Shown: positions 8,530 to 19,370 of the stretch, piece by piece
How the letters are laid out: every line of letters starts with the position of its first letter
Position numbering within the stretch: position 1 is the first letter of the stretch
Assembly (NCBI GenBank): GCA_963703315.1
Contig: OY969811.1
Location: 1,920,001-1,984,000 of the forward strand
From: an uncultured cyanobacterium
Lineage (GTDB): Bacteria > Cyanobacteriota > Cyanobacteriia > Pseudanabaenales > Pseudanabaenaceae
Length of the DNA stretch: 64,000 bases
Direction: 5' to 3'
Notes under the pieces: model-generated
Told to the model about the DNA's origin: nothing
What the model saw: the letters and a program-made list of their open reading frames with translations, nothing else
The model's database searches: none
Program-made: the position numbers and the translations under genes

Positions 8530-10278
8530 TTATTTAGCCGCTTTTTTGAGAGCAATAATTGCTTCAACTTCCGCAGTTTCTGGATTTGGATAAGCAGCCG
8601 TTACTGCCAAACCACGAATTGATTCAATCAAAGCCTTGGTTTCAGGAGGTGTTTTTGCTTTCTCAGCAGCAGGTAAGAAAGCTTGGACAATGCTCCATGT
8701 TCTATCTGCATCAATGTAGAAATAGCCAACATTGTTAGTAGGAAGTGTACTAATTACTGACTTAAACGTAGCATCATCATTGATCGTGCTGGCAGGTTTG
8801 GGTACGAACAGCGATACAATTGGAGAAGCTGTGATAAATACTGTGTCTGACTGCGACCAACCATGAGAAACGATCGCTCCAGGCGCACCCATAACTGACC
8901 ACTCAGTAACCGATACTCCACCTACCTCTTTCTTGCTGACATTCCCACCGTTCTTAGAAACCAAATCATCAAGCTTCTTAAACAAGGATTCGCCAGCCGC
9001 ACGATTGGTTGTTTGTAAAAGTAGGAGAGGGGCAAGACCTTGAGTCTGCGCTAAAATCCCTTCAGGCTTACCAGATACAGATGCAAAAGCAAATTCACCA
9101 TCCATCCATCCAAAGATTTCTTTATCAAGATCGAGATTCCAAGGAGGCGATTTTAGCTGAGTTCTGGCTTCATCAATACCTTTTTTGACTTCAGGATTTT
9201 TCTCCGCAGATTTGACAAACTGTTCCCATGAGTTCTTGATATTAAAGCCTGTGGTTACAGAAAATGCTTGAGAAGGAATTTGACCAGTAATCTTGTTGGG
9301 AGAGTTCTTGAGTCCAGAAATTGTAGCTGTATCGACTTTGCCAAGAGCTTTAAAGCGAATACCTGCATCATCAATCCCAACACCAAAATTTACAGATTTG
9401 AGCTTCTTCAATTGTTCCAAAGATTCTGGCGGAATTGTTTGTGCTTCAGGATTCAAAGCTGCTAGTTCAACAATAGATTCGCCAAAGTTAGGGATATAAA
9501 GCTGAATCACAGGATTTTTGAGTTTGAGATCGTCAGCACTCGCAGAACTGGCTAACGAAGCTTCTCCTTTGAAAGTATCGATCGCCTTTTGCGTTGCTTG
9601 TTCACGAGGAGTGACAATCAAATAGTCACCGATCATTGCTGTAGAACTTGCTTTGGAACCTTCTCCATATTGGGTAATTTTTACGCCCTTATAGTCCGAC
9701 TGTTTTTCTTTGCCTCCTGCCTTAGTTTTAACTTTAGTCGTCAAAAATTGCTCAGCACCAGCTTTGTCTTTGACTTCAACTACGACCAAAATATTTGGAG
9801 GTTCTTCAGCTACAGTCTCTTTTTTGTCTTGTACAAACTGAATCGAACCAGTATCACTCATCGGCACATAGCGAGGCTGAATTGTAGCTTGCGATTTGGT
9901 AGGAACAAGACCTGCTTTCTTCCCTGAAGGCAAAATGGCAACTGTTACATTTTTACCAATCCAAGGCTTGATATCTTTGTCATAGTCAAAGTCACCCGAT
10001 GAAAGATTTTTGCGGGTTTCCGCGATCGCTTGATCGTAAAGTTTTCTAGTTTCGGGAGTGAGAAACTGCTCTATTTGCGAAAGGGCTGCACCATCGGTTG
10101 ATATCGAAAATGCAGCTAAGGACTGTTTCGGTACAACGGTGAGCGTACCAGCAGTACTGCTAGCTGTAGGCAGAAGATTTGCAGGTTTATTGAAGAAAAA
10201 ATATGCACCTACACCACCCGCGACGACGACAGCCGCCCCACCAATAATCGGGAGTAAATTTGGTTTTGTTTCAGTCAT
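8530..10278 (-). CDS. DUF3352-like membrane-anchored protein
   Basis: N-terminal anchor; DYDKDIKPWIG, YKGVKI, DLDKEIFGWMDGEFA, GYFYID motifs. Confidence 0.8.
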   Translation of the reverse strand: MTETKPNLLPIIGGAAVVVAGGVGAYFFFNKPANLLPTASSTAGTLTVVPKQSLAAFSISTDGAALSQIEQFLTPETRKLYDQAIAETRKNLSSGDFDYDKDIKPWIGKNVTVAILPSGKKAGLVPTKSQATIQPRYVPMSDTGSIQFVQDKKETVAEEPPNILVVVEVKDKAGAEQFLTTKVKTKAGGKEKQSDYKGVKITQYGEGSKASSTAMIGDYLIVTPREQATQKAIDTFKGEASLASSASADDLKLKNPVIQLYIPNFGESIVELAALNPEAQTIPPESLEQLKKLKSVNFGVGIDDAGIRFKALGKVDTATISGLKNSPNKITGQIPSQAFSVTTGFNIKNSWEQFVKSAEKNPEVKKGIDEARTQLKSPPWNLDLDKEIFGWMDGEFAFASVSGKPEGILAQTQGLAPLLLLQTTNRAAGESLFKKLDDLVSKNGGNVSKKEVGGVSVTEWSVMGAPGAIVSHGWSQSDTVFITASPIVSLFVPKPASTINDDATFKSVISTLPTNNVGYFYIDADRTWSIVQAFLPAAEKAKTPPETKALIESIRGLAVTAAYPNPETAEVEAIIALKKAAK

Positions 10279-10516
10279 ACATTAAGACCTAAAATTTATT
10301 TTGTTAATTACGAAGATTCAAGATGACAGTATAGTGCCTAACCCAAAATACCCATAGAGTTAATTAACCTATACATTGTGAGCCTGCTCACACTAAAATA
10401 ATTTTCTGTGTGAGCAGGCTAAGCCGTAACACACAAAATTATTTCCTTTAAAAAATCGCATTTAGAGATAAAGACGTAAAAACGAAAAGAGAGTTGCAGC
10501 GCAACTCTCTTTTCGT

Positions 10517-11263
10517 TTAACAATCAAGCCATGCGGGGATTAACTTCCATGCTTGATTCAGAGATTTATCTAAAGATTTGTAATTTGGCTCAAATTTGCT
10601 GACTAATTCCCAAAATTGATCCGAGTGATTCATGTGTGTCGTATGGCAAAGCTCATGAATCAATACATATTCCACTACCTTCGTTTCTAGAAAAAGTAGC
10701 TTGTAATTAAGACTAATATTGCGCTTGCTAGAACAGCTACCCCATAGAGTCTTTTGGCTCCGAATGGCAGTGGTGCGATAGGGTAAATTTAGGCGAGTAC
10801 TGACTTTGCGTAGCCAACTAAATAAATGCTTTTCTGCCTTTTTGATTAACCATTCCTTGAGAAAAAATTTGCAAGCTTCAATATCAGCAGTATTGCCACT
10901 GAGGACTAACTTAAGTTCGGTATTTTTTTCTTGGATATCAATAGCTCTGGTTTTAGTGGGAAGTAGCTGATATTCAATTTCCCAATCTTCACCAAGCGAT
11001 CGCAAATTAATGCGATCGGGCAACTGATGGGGCGCTTGTGACTGCAAAAAAGCTTCACGCTGATCAAGTTTGAGTTGATTGCGGACAATCCAATCTCGCT
11101 TCTGATGGATAAGCTCAGGAACCTGATGGCGATCATAATTAGTAGGAATCACCACCTCTAAACCAGCTTCTACTGAGAGCGAAAGGCGGACACTTTTAGC
11201 GCGATCGCTAACACGTACTGTATAGTCTGGTAAGTCTGTAATTACAGATTGGGAACGCGCCAT
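10517..11263 (-). CDS. YgjP/DUF45 (SprT-like) zinc metallohydrolase
   Basis: QKTLWGSCS, YVLIHELCH..HMNHS..FW. Confidence 0.9.
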   Translation of the reverse strand: MARSQSVITDLPDYTVRVSDRAKSVRLSLSVEAGLEVVIPTNYDRHQVPELIHQKRDWIVRNQLKLDQREAFLQSQAPHQLPDRINLRSLGEDWEIEYQLLPTKTRAIDIQEKNTELKLVLSGNTADIEACKFFLKEWLIKKAEKHLFSWLRKVSTRLNLPYRTTAIRSQKTLWGSCSSKRNISLNYKLLFLETKVVEYVLIHELCHTTHMNHSDQFWELVSKFEPNYKSLDKSLNQAWKLIPAWLDC

Positions 11264-11287
11264 AAATTTAATCTTGAGCCTTAAGCT

Positions 11288-12196
11288 TTAATCTTGTAGC
11301 AAAAGCGTACCGGGGTAACGCGCATTCAAACGTTCACGCTCACGATGGGCATTACTACGATTATTATAAGTCCGCACCTGAATATAATATTTTCCTTTAA
11401 AAATAGTCAAAAAGGCATCGGGGGCAAGCTCACGAATTTCCTTTAAAGTTTTGTCATTGATATTTGGAACCAGCACACGATAGATTGTGCCAATCGAAGG
11501 TTTAGGTGTAGGGGGAGTTGGCGTGGGAACTGGAGTTGGGGCAGGATTGGGAAAGTTGAGCAGGGAGGCGCTAATTACTTGAGCCGCTAAGCCTTGACTA
11601 CGCAACCTTGCAGCGATCGCATTAGCATTTTGAATACTTGATAACGGGGCTGCCAAAATTACCGAACGATTATTAAATGTGGCTAAAACTGCACCTTTGC
11701 CCGATAGAGCCTGCACCTGTGGAATAGCCAAGCTTGGGTCTTGGTTCAGTTCCACCAAAATCATTGCTGGCTGTAAATTTGCAGGTACATCATTCACCTT
11801 AGCTGAGAAAGAATGCACAACCGCATCTAAACCTAATTGACGGAGTTGATTGGCTCGAAATGTCGATGCTTTGGCATTGTCAAAACCACCAAAAAAAGTC
11901 ATCGAACCATTGAGATAACCACAGGGGACTGCCGCGATCGCTAAAAATTCTGGAAGTTTCGGTAAGGTATTCGCAGGACGATCTAATATGACGGCATAGC
12001 GTCGATTAGTTAATTGTGGGCAAGCATTTAAAACTGTTGGTGCAGATTGGGCGATCGCCGTAGATGGAAATACAAGACTATCAACCAAAGCCATACTAGT
12101 CATACAACTAGCAGCGATTAATACTCTAGACAAGCTATTTTTATGTCTAAGTCCTAAAGATTTCATATTAAATCGACCTATTCCCTCAAGAGTCAT
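11288..12196 (-). CDS. Secreted hypothetical protein with SPOR-like segments and Pro/Thr linker
   Basis: Signal peptide; repeated A.....LR..GL.A segments; PAPTPVPTPTPPTP linker. Confidence 0.6.
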   Translation of the reverse strand: MTLEGIGRFNMKSLGLRHKNSLSRVLIAASCMTSMALVDSLVFPSTAIAQSAPTVLNACPQLTNRRYAVILDRPANTLPKLPEFLAIAAVPCGYLNGSMTFFGGFDNAKASTFRANQLRQLGLDAVVHSFSAKVNDVPANLQPAMILVELNQDPSLAIPQVQALSGKGAVLATFNNRSVILAAPLSSIQNANAIAARLRSQGLAAQVISASLLNFPNPAPTPVPTPTPPTPKPSIGTIYRVLVPNINDKTLKEIRELAPDAFLTIFKGKYYIQVRTYNNRSNAHRERERLNARYPGTLLLQD

Positions 12197-12392
12197 GATT
12201 TCTCTAATCCCATGATTTCTATCACCAATAGTTGAGATATACCACTATATGTTGCGAATTGTCATGACGTTGTTTAACCTTTTCGGTCTTGGCTTACTGT
12301 TATAGCTGTCGCCATTAAAAGCGAGTAGCGGCGCAAAGCGCCGCCACTCGCTTTCATTTACAAATTGCCGTGCTGATAACGGAGTCAAGATC

Positions 12393-13073
12393 GTGGCAAA
12401 TAAAGAACATTTAATGCAACTGCAAAAAGGGGTAAGTAGTTGGAATTTTTGGCGATCGCAAGAACCTCGCTTACAAATTGATCTGATCGAAGCCAACCTT
12501 GCTTATGCAGAAGTTAGTAAGGCTAACTTTAGTGGTGCTGATTTAAATTTGGCAAATTTGGGAGGAGCAAATCTGATCGGCGCGAATTTGCGGGAAGCCA
12601 ATCTCACATTGGCAAATCTCAGTGGTGCAAACTTAAGTCTTGCTACATTTCAGGATGTCACGCTCTGCATGACCAACCTCAGTGGCACAAATTTAAGTTT
12701 GGCAAATCTCAACGCCGTTAACCTCACCCTAGCCAATCTTAGTGGTGCAAACCTAAGTGGAGCCATATTACGCAATGCCAACTTAATGGGGGTGAATTTC
12801 AGTGGCGCAGACTTAACTAATGCTGACCTTACCGATGCAAATCTCAGTGGCGCAAATCTGAATGGGGCAAATTTGAGCAATGCGGTACTTTGTGAAACGG
12901 AGTTAAGTGGGGCAGTCTTGAGTGGGGCAAATTTAACTAGGGCAAATCTCAGTGGGGCAGTGTTACGCAAAACTGATTTTAATGGGGCAAGACTCAAGGA
13001 CGCTGACCTGAGAAATACCGATCTTCATGCTGCCAACCTTGATGGTGCTTATTTAGAAAATGTTAAGCATTAA
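12393..13073 (+). CDS. Pentapeptide repeat protein
   Basis: ANKEHL..L..GV..WN.WR N-cap plus ANLSG repeats. Confidence 0.92.
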   Translation: MANKEHLMQLQKGVSSWNFWRSQEPRLQIDLIEANLAYAEVSKANFSGADLNLANLGGANLIGANLREANLTLANLSGANLSLATFQDVTLCMTNLSGTNLSLANLNAVNLTLANLSGANLSGAILRNANLMGVNFSGADLTNADLTDANLSGANLNGANLSNAVLCETELSGAVLSGANLTRANLSGAVLRKTDFNGARLKDADLRNTDLHAANLDGAYLENVKH

Positions 13074-13121
13074 ATTCGAGCATTAAAGTTGAGAAAGCTT
13101 GCAATGCAAGCTTTCTCAACT

Positions 13122-14066
13122 CTAGCCTTCCCAGATTTTTGCTAGGACTGTTTGAGCAGGAATGGCATTAAGTAACTGTCCTGCGATCGCCTGTACATAT
13201 TTAATCCGTTTTTCATGAATCGGTAAAAATGTACTTGCAGAGGTGTTTGATCCAAGAATGGCGACTAAGGCTGTACCAACGGCAACGCCTAGTTGCAAAG
13301 TATCCCCTTCAGCACTAATAAAGAGATTAGCGGAAGCAATAAAAGCGGTCAGCTTGCCAATATCGGTTGGACTAGCAATCAAAAGATTAGGGATTTTAGT
13401 ATTTAACTTCTTGAGTAAATCGGCATTATTGACACTATCGATCGCCACAATGGGTAAATCTGGCAATTTAGATTGAATGTCGATGGCAATCTCTGCCCAA
13501 CTTTCCGCAGGATAATTGGCATAAGCCCCACAATTAAGCAAGATAAACCCACTTTTTTGAATGCCTAAACGCTTCTGCTCATTGGTTGCCCAGTCCAAAT
13601 CGTTTTTAGGAAGATTAACTTTAATTGGTGGACAGGTTTTTTGAATATCGATGGCGATGAGCAGGTTATGGTTCTGCACTGCCAAATAGTCATTAGCGTC
13701 TTTAGCAATCACATCGGTCAATAAAAAGTCTCCCTGCCCAGCAAAGGAGATCCGCTTAGGAATACCGCTTAACCACAACAGGATATTAGTCGATAATTTT
13801 GACTGCGTAATGAACGCGGCATCATATTCGCGATCGCGGATTGTGCCGAGTAAGTTACCAAAATCCGCCAGAGAGTTACGATCATTGAAATCAAATTTCA
13901 AGACTCGATTGACAGATTGGCTAATTCGATAAGCGGCGATCGCGCGTGGCTCGACCACTACATCAATCTCGGCATTGGGATACTGTTGTTTGAGTGTGTC
14001 CAGTGTCGGGAAAAACAATAACTGATCGCTAGTCCCACCTGGAACCAATGCCAGTATTCGCATCAT
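13122..14066 (-). CDS. Glycosyltransferase family 9 (heptosyltransferase-like)
   Basis: MRILALVPGG..DQLLFFPTLD.LK..YP.AEIDVVVEP. Confidence 0.88.
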   Translation of the reverse strand: MMRILALVPGGTSDQLLFFPTLDTLKQQYPNAEIDVVVEPRAIAAYRISQSVNRVLKFDFNDRNSLADFGNLLGTIRDREYDAAFITQSKLSTNILLWLSGIPKRISFAGQGDFLLTDVIAKDANDYLAVQNHNLLIAIDIQKTCPPIKVNLPKNDLDWATNEQKRLGIQKSGFILLNCGAYANYPAESWAEIAIDIQSKLPDLPIVAIDSVNNADLLKKLNTKIPNLLIASPTDIGKLTAFIASANLFISAEGDTLQLGVAVGTALVAILGSNTSASTFLPIHEKRIKYVQAIAGQLLNAIPAQTVLAKIWEG

Positions 14067-14283
14067 ATTTATACATCTCTAGACGAAGACCGTAAGCCAT
14101 AATACTTTGTTTTTGGGAGTTGATACAGACACCAAACATACAGGGCTTCAAAAATTCCGCAAAATTATACTTTTGAGAGAGGGGCTAGGCTAGCGATCGC
14201 GATGTTATCGAAAAATTTCAATTTTTTTGCTCAAGCTATTGTCTAAATGTACAAACTAGTATTATTATAAATAACGGTTAAAT

Positions 14284-14357
14284 GGCGAGTGTAGCCAAGT
14301 GGTTAAGGCAGTGGTTTGTGGTACCACCATTCGTGGGTTCAATTCCCATCATTCGCC
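14284..14357 (+). tRNA. trnH: tRNA-His(GTG)
   Basis: G-1, acceptor GCGAGTG/CATTCGC with C73; anticodon arm GTGGT-TTGTGGT-ACCAC; T-arm GGTTCAATTCC; CCA not encoded. Confidence 0.96.
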
Positions 14358-14360
14358 CTC

Positions 14361-14394
14361 AAAAAAGACACCCGCAATGCGGGTGTCTTTTTTT
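14361..14394 (+). terminator. Rho-independent terminator after tRNA-His
   Basis: AAAAAAGACACCCGC-AAT-GCGGGTGTCTTTTTT. Confidence 0.8.
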
Positions 14395-14509
14395 GTAATT
14401 AATTTGTAATTACGTTTCTGCGATTTATAGCAATTCTTGTTAGAACAAAAAACCAAAAGACGAGATGCGGCGCAGAGCGCCGCATCTCGTCTTTTGGTTT
14501 TGCATTAAA

Positions 14510-15466
14510 TTAGTTAAAAAAGACAATCCAAACAGGAAGCATAAAAATTATGCCGATGAAGGAGAAGGCGATCGTGCTAATCAGTAAATCGCGATCAAGA
14601 TTGTAAACTTCAGCAAGAATCAGTACCGACAAACCAGTGGGTGTCCCTGACATCAAAGTAAGAATCAGGCGAGGATCACTTCTGAGTCCAAAAGCTGTTG
14701 CCCCTAGCCCGATCGCTAAAGGCACAATTCCCACACGCAGAAATGCGGCGATCGCTGCTGATTTCAAACTTGTCCATTTTTCGATTTTGCCGAGTCTTAA
14801 ACCCACCAGTGACAAAGCAAAGGCGATCGTTACCCATACGCCCATATCCAGACTTGATTCGATCACTTCAGGCAATCCAATCGGTCTGGTATACCAACCA
14901 ATCGCAAAAGCCCAGAGACTAGGCACAGTTGCCACATCTAGCAATAACTTCCACCAAGGCGGCTTCACATCACTCTTACCAAAGTAACTGGCAATAAAAA
15001 CCGCAATGCCATAATTACCCGCCACATTACTAGCAATACTGTATAAAACTGCCCAGTCTGCAAAACTAGAGCTTGTGAGAGAGTTGGTCAGCGTTAACCC
15101 CACAAAACCAGTGTTTCCTAGCATCGTTGCCAAAATAAAGCTACCAAGACTAGAGCGATCGCTATCTTCCTGTTTGGCAAATTGCCAACCAATTAGCGCC
15201 AATAACCAACTGATAATTAGGGTAGCGATCGCCACATAGGGAATGTAAGGCGTGTCGGAAAATTGTGTATGTCTGGCAAGGACAAACAGTTGTAATGGTA
15301 CTCCCACCCAATACAGACCAACGCCTAACAATTTGGAAGTCTGAGCAGGGGCAAATCTGGAAGCTATTAATCCAACGCCTGTCCATACCATTAGGGGGAT
15401 ATAAGCATTGATCAGATCACCAAAATGGAAGATAGACCAGAAGTCGTTAGAGTCACTTAGCAGCAT
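14510..15466 (-). CDS. AEC (auxin efflux carrier-like) family transporter
   Basis: ~10 TM; GNTGFVG; PTG...LILAEVYNLD. Confidence 0.85.
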   Translation of the reverse strand: MLLSDSNDFWSIFHFGDLINAYIPLMVWTGVGLIASRFAPAQTSKLLGVGLYWVGVPLQLFVLARHTQFSDTPYIPYVAIATLIISWLLALIGWQFAKQEDSDRSSLGSFILATMLGNTGFVGLTLTNSLTSSSFADWAVLYSIASNVAGNYGIAVFIASYFGKSDVKPPWWKLLLDVATVPSLWAFAIGWYTRPIGLPEVIESSLDMGVWVTIAFALSLVGLRLGKIEKWTSLKSAAIAAFLRVGIVPLAIGLGATAFGLRSDPRLILTLMSGTPTGLSVLILAEVYNLDRDLLISTIAFSFIGIIFMLPVWIVFFN

Positions 15467-17285
15467 TCAAAATCCATTCGGTAATACCATCGGCAAGGGT
15501 TGTAGCAAGTAACTTTTGCTGTTGTGGATCGATAATCCATTCAAATTCAACGGGATTAATCATAAACCCTAATTCCAAAAGTACTGATAGCGTATTGGTG
15601 GGGCGAATAAGCGCCAAATTATTCCAAAAAACACCATAATCATTACGATTCAGCTTTTTGGTAATGTAGCTATTGATAAACTTAGCCAAATCTTGAGACT
15701 GCGGGTTGTACCAAAAAGCACTAGCCCCAGATGTGTTAAGTGCATCACCATCATCGGGAAGAGCATTGTAATGAACACTAATCGCGATCGCTGGTTCCTC
15801 CTGCTCAATTTTAGCAACCCTTGGCGACAAATCAATATCCGCATCATCGGTGCGCGTCATAATTATTTTTGCACCGCGATTTTGTAATTCTTTCTCTAGT
15901 AATTTGGAAGTTATTAGGGTCACATCCTTTTCAGGATAACCTGTTGCGCCCCTTGAGCCTAAATCATTTTGGCTACCATGTCCTGCATCTAATAAGATCT
16001 TGATCCCTTGAAGCGGTTGAGATACCTGTGCGGTATCCCTATTGATTTTGGGAGGATGCTTAAGGGAGATAATTAGATTTGTGCCTTGATACCGCACCTT
16101 ATAGCCCCATTGCTGTTTAGTTCTGAGGTTAATGGTATAAGTTACTTTGTCTGGCTCAGGTTGTACCCAATCGAATTTGTCAATAATTGATTCAGGATCT
16201 ATAGAAATCGTATCTGTTTGAGAAGTTACATTGTAGAGAGTGAAAGCAAATTGGCGATCGCTTTGACTAATGGAAATTGGCACTGGAACTTCGAGGGGAA
16301 CAATCACTTCAGTCCAAATATTCCCAGTATTATTTCTGTCAATCAGCCGTTTGGTATTAATACTCCGAATAATGGAGTGGGGTGATACTTCTGATACTTC
16401 AATTTTCGTCAAACGTTCTCTCACCCAGCCACCATAATCAAGTCTGAGCCAATCTCCTTGTTTACCCGTAATCACAGCTTTAGTGCCTTTCGGTAAAGGC
16501 GTGAGCCTTGAGAAATCGCTACTTGCACCTGTTCGCGCATCGGCGATCGCCGTTACTTCCGCAACTTGGATATTTTTAGAAGACAGAATTTCGATATTCC
16601 CGATCGCTTTTTCTTGGACAAGGCGATCGCCTAAGCGCATTTCGTATAAAGGCTGACCTAATTGACCAGCCTCTTCAAAGGTTGTACAGCCGCGAAAATA
16701 ACCTGAGGGAGATTCGGCAATCGCGGTGTTATTTCCTGTCAAGACTGAAGAATTGGCTGGTAGTTGAATATTGCGCCGACGGGGTAATAATGGAACTTCC
16801 TGATCGCCAACTCTCACCGTCACTTTGGCGCTAGGCGTAGCGATCGCATCGAAGCAAATGCGCTCATTCGGTTGTCGGGCTATATTTACAGAGGGAAACA
16901 GAGAATCTTTGATCAAGCCAAAATCTTTGGGCGGTAGAGTAATGCGCGACTCTCGTAAGACTTTGACTTGAATTTGTCGCTCATTTTGGCGATCGCCGTT
17001 AGTACTAATGTACTTAATCTCAAAATTATTTTCCCCCAACTGAAGCGGCAAACTCGGCGCGAAATGACCTGCATCACTACGGGATATCACCTTGCCATTA
17101 ATGCTGACATTGCCATCTTTCGGCGCAGTACCAATAAAAAATAGGCGATCGCTAACGGTAGTATGTTGCACAGGTGGATAGGTGAGATGCAGTTGCGAAG
17201 GTGGGATAAAGTTTTGAGCGCCTATGGCTGTAGCAAACATAAAGCTCAACATCCCAACCACAAAAAGTCCGATCAATCGCCGCAT
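15453..17285 (-). CDS. N-acetylmuramoyl-L-alanine amidase (Amidase_3, with SH3-like region)
   Basis: ILLDAGHG, EKDVTL, ISVHYNA, VLLELGFM; signal peptide. Confidence 0.93.
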   Translation of the reverse strand: MRRLIGLFVVGMLSFMFATAIGAQNFIPPSQLHLTYPPVQHTTVSDRLFFIGTAPKDGNVSINGKVISRSDAGHFAPSLPLQLGENNFEIKYISTNGDRQNERQIQVKVLRESRITLPPKDFGLIKDSLFPSVNIARQPNERICFDAIATPSAKVTVRVGDQEVPLLPRRRNIQLPANSSVLTGNNTAIAESPSGYFRGCTTFEEAGQLGQPLYEMRLGDRLVQEKAIGNIEILSSKNIQVAEVTAIADARTGASSDFSRLTPLPKGTKAVITGKQGDWLRLDYGGWVRERLTKIEVSEVSPHSIIRSINTKRLIDRNNTGNIWTEVIVPLEVPVPISISQSDRQFAFTLYNVTSQTDTISIDPESIIDKFDWVQPEPDKVTYTINLRTKQQWGYKVRYQGTNLIISLKHPPKINRDTAQVSQPLQGIKILLDAGHGSQNDLGSRGATGYPEKDVTLITSKLLEKELQNRGAKIIMTRTDDADIDLSPRVAKIEQEEPAIAISVHYNALPDDGDALNTSGASAFWYNPQSQDLAKFINSYITKKLNRNDYGVFWNNLALIRPTNTLSVLLELGFMINPVEFEWIIDPQQQKLLATTLADGITEWILNAAK

Positions 17286-17404
17286 AATTTCTATTGCTCA
17301 TCCAAAATAGCGATGCACTGCATCATTATTCAATACTATCGTCATTAACGGGAGGGGCGGCGCAAAGCGCCGCCCCTCTCTTTTCGGCTCGAATCGTTAT
17401 ATTC

Positions 17405-17519
17405 TATAGCTGTAGTCACTTGCATTAGGACAAATCAAAACCCAAAAAGCAAGTGGCGGCGCTTCGCGCCGCAACTTGCTTTTTGGTTTTATGTCCTAAC
17501 AAGACTGGCGACAGCTATA
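17405..17519. mobile_element. MITE-like element with imperfect TIRs (TATAGCTGT...TTAGGACA) and internal GCGGCGC-hairpin
   Basis: Ends TATAGCTGTAGTCACTTGCATTAGGACA / TGTCCTAACAAGACTGGCGACAGCTATA; partial copies at 12301 and 32570. Confidence 0.7.
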
Positions 17520-17551
17520 AGTCTAGTAAATTCTAAAAATATTAATAAAAA

Positions 17552-18493
17552 ATGAAAATTTTAGTAATGGGTGGCACGAGATTTATCGGTGTGTCACTGG
17601 TGAAGTTATTGGTATCACAAGGACATGAAGTAACTTTATTTAATCGCGGCAAAAAGCCTTCACCCGTTGCAGATCTGCGGACAATTATTGGTGATCGCAC
17701 TGATGCCCAACAACTAAAAGACAAACTCAGTGGTGAATCCTTTGATGCGATTTTTGATAACAATGGGCGCGAACTCAGCGATACCCAGCCCCTAGTCGAA
17801 ATTTTTCGCGATCGCCTCCAGCATTTTATCTACATGAGTTCCGCAGGTGTCTATCTGGATAGTGATATTTTGCCGTACCACGAAACCGATGCCACTGACC
17901 CCAAAAGCCAACATAAGGGCAAACTCGATACCGAAGCCTATTTACAACAAGTTCGTGCGGAATCGGGATTTCCCTATACTTCGATCCGTCCTACCTATAT
18001 TTATGGTCCCCAAAACTATAACGATGTGGAAGCTTGGTTCTTTGATCGGATTGTGCGCGATCGCCCCCTTCCCATTCCTGCTAATGGCAAATTCATCACT
18101 CAACTTGGTCATGTCGAAGATCTCGCCAGTGCGATGGCAGCAGTCTTAGGCAATCAAAAGGCGATCGGTGAAATTTACAATATTTCTGATACTCGCTATG
18201 TCACTTTCATCGGACTTGCCAAGCAATGCGCGATCGCCGCAGGCAAAGATCCTAGCCAGCTAAACTTTGTCTATTACAACCCCAAAGACTTTGACTTTGG
18301 CAAAAAGAAAGCTTTTCCCTTCCGCTTGCAGCATTTCTTTGCCTCAGTGAACAAGGCTACACAAGATTTAAACTGGCATCCCAAGTACGATCTACTCTCT
18401 GGTCTGAAGACTTCCTTTGAGCAAGATTATCTTCCTTCCAAGCGCGATCAAGCAGAAGTGGATTTCTCAACAGATGAACAAATTCTGAAGTGA
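17552..18493 (+). CDS. NAD-dependent epimerase/dehydratase family protein (CSP41-like)
   Basis: GGTRFIG, FNRG, IRPTYIYGP.NY...E.WFFDR, FPFR.QHFF. Confidence 0.9.
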   Translation: MKILVMGGTRFIGVSLVKLLVSQGHEVTLFNRGKKPSPVADLRTIIGDRTDAQQLKDKLSGESFDAIFDNNGRELSDTQPLVEIFRDRLQHFIYMSSAGVYLDSDILPYHETDATDPKSQHKGKLDTEAYLQQVRAESGFPYTSIRPTYIYGPQNYNDVEAWFFDRIVRDRPLPIPANGKFITQLGHVEDLASAMAAVLGNQKAIGEIYNISDTRYVTFIGLAKQCAIAAGKDPSQLNFVYYNPKDFDFGKKKAFPFRLQHFFASVNKATQDLNWHPKYDLLSGLKTSFEQDYLPSKRDQAEVDFSTDEQILK

Positions 18494-18580
18494 GTTCTTT
18501 CGGCACTGGACAGTTATTGTGGAATTCATGCAGCTAAAAAAGATGCCAATACGTTGATCACGATTTAGCTGACCAGTGCC

Positions 18581-19273
18581 TTATGCTTGGGCTTGCAATT
18601 GTTCAATTTCCAGAATCACGCGGTTTTGGCTTGACGTAAGATGATCACGGATTGCCGCTAGAGCTTGCTCGACATTGCGTTGGGCGATCGCTGCATATAT
18701 TTGTCGATGCTCAGAGCGAATTTCTAAAACTTGGAGATTGCGTTGAATCGTTTGGATGCGTAACAGTGCCATCTTGTCGAACAATTGATCGAGCAGAATT
18801 GCTAACCAAGGATTGCCTGAACATTCAGCGATCGCCCGATGAAACTGATAGTCTATATGAAGTAATTGATAACTGGTGAGTTGATTAGGTTGTTGAGCGA
18901 TCGCTTTTTCGGCTTGTTGGATGATGGCTTCGATTTTTTCTAACTGGTCAGGTGTAGCGTGTTTACAAGCCTCTGATACCGACTCCTGCTCTAACACAGA
19001 TCGACAACGATAGAGATTTCTGGCATCTTCAGTGGAGAAACTGATTACCCGTAAGTTCCCATTTCCATCTGCAACAATAAGTTGTTCTTTCTGTAACTGT
19101 TGCAATGCCTCGCGAATCGGGGTGCGACTAACTTGCAGTTTTTCGGCGATTTGGGTTTCCACTAAACGTGAGTCAGCCGTAAACTCACCCGACAAAATTG
19201 CCGATCGCAATACTTGGTAAGTTTGTTCGCGCAAAGACTGGGGACGCTGAATTGGAGCAGATGAAGAAAACAT
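18581..19273 (-). CDS. GntR family (FCD-type) transcriptional regulator
   Basis: L.E..IAEKLQVSRTPIREALQQL HTH; D..FH..I, EH..I..AI C-terminal FCD motifs. Confidence 0.93.
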   Translation of the reverse strand: MFSSSAPIQRPQSLREQTYQVLRSAILSGEFTADSRLVETQIAEKLQVSRTPIREALQQLQKEQLIVADGNGNLRVISFSTEDARNLYRCRSVLEQESVSEACKHATPDQLEKIEAIIQQAEKAIAQQPNQLTSYQLLHIDYQFHRAIAECSGNPWLAILLDQLFDKMALLRIQTIQRNLQVLEIRSEHRQIYAAIAQRNVEQALAAIRDHLTSSQNRVILEIEQLQAQA

Positions 19274-19304
19274 GGGTTAGAAAACTCCTAATGAAATATT
19301 TTTA

Positions 19305-19317
19305 TGTATACAGTATA
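19305..19317. promoter_or_regulatory. Putative GntR operator (partial TGTATACAGTATA)
   Basis: Between divergent gntR and amidohydrolase; matches motif seen at 5 other promoters. Confidence 0.7.
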
Positions 19318-19370
19318 TTGTATTCATGATCTGTGATACCACAGAAATAATTATAAAAAAAATCCGAGCT

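Noticed and set aside
14284..14510. tRNA-His as an island integration site
   Set aside because: No integrase and no duplicated tRNA 3' end seen; flanks are housekeeping genes
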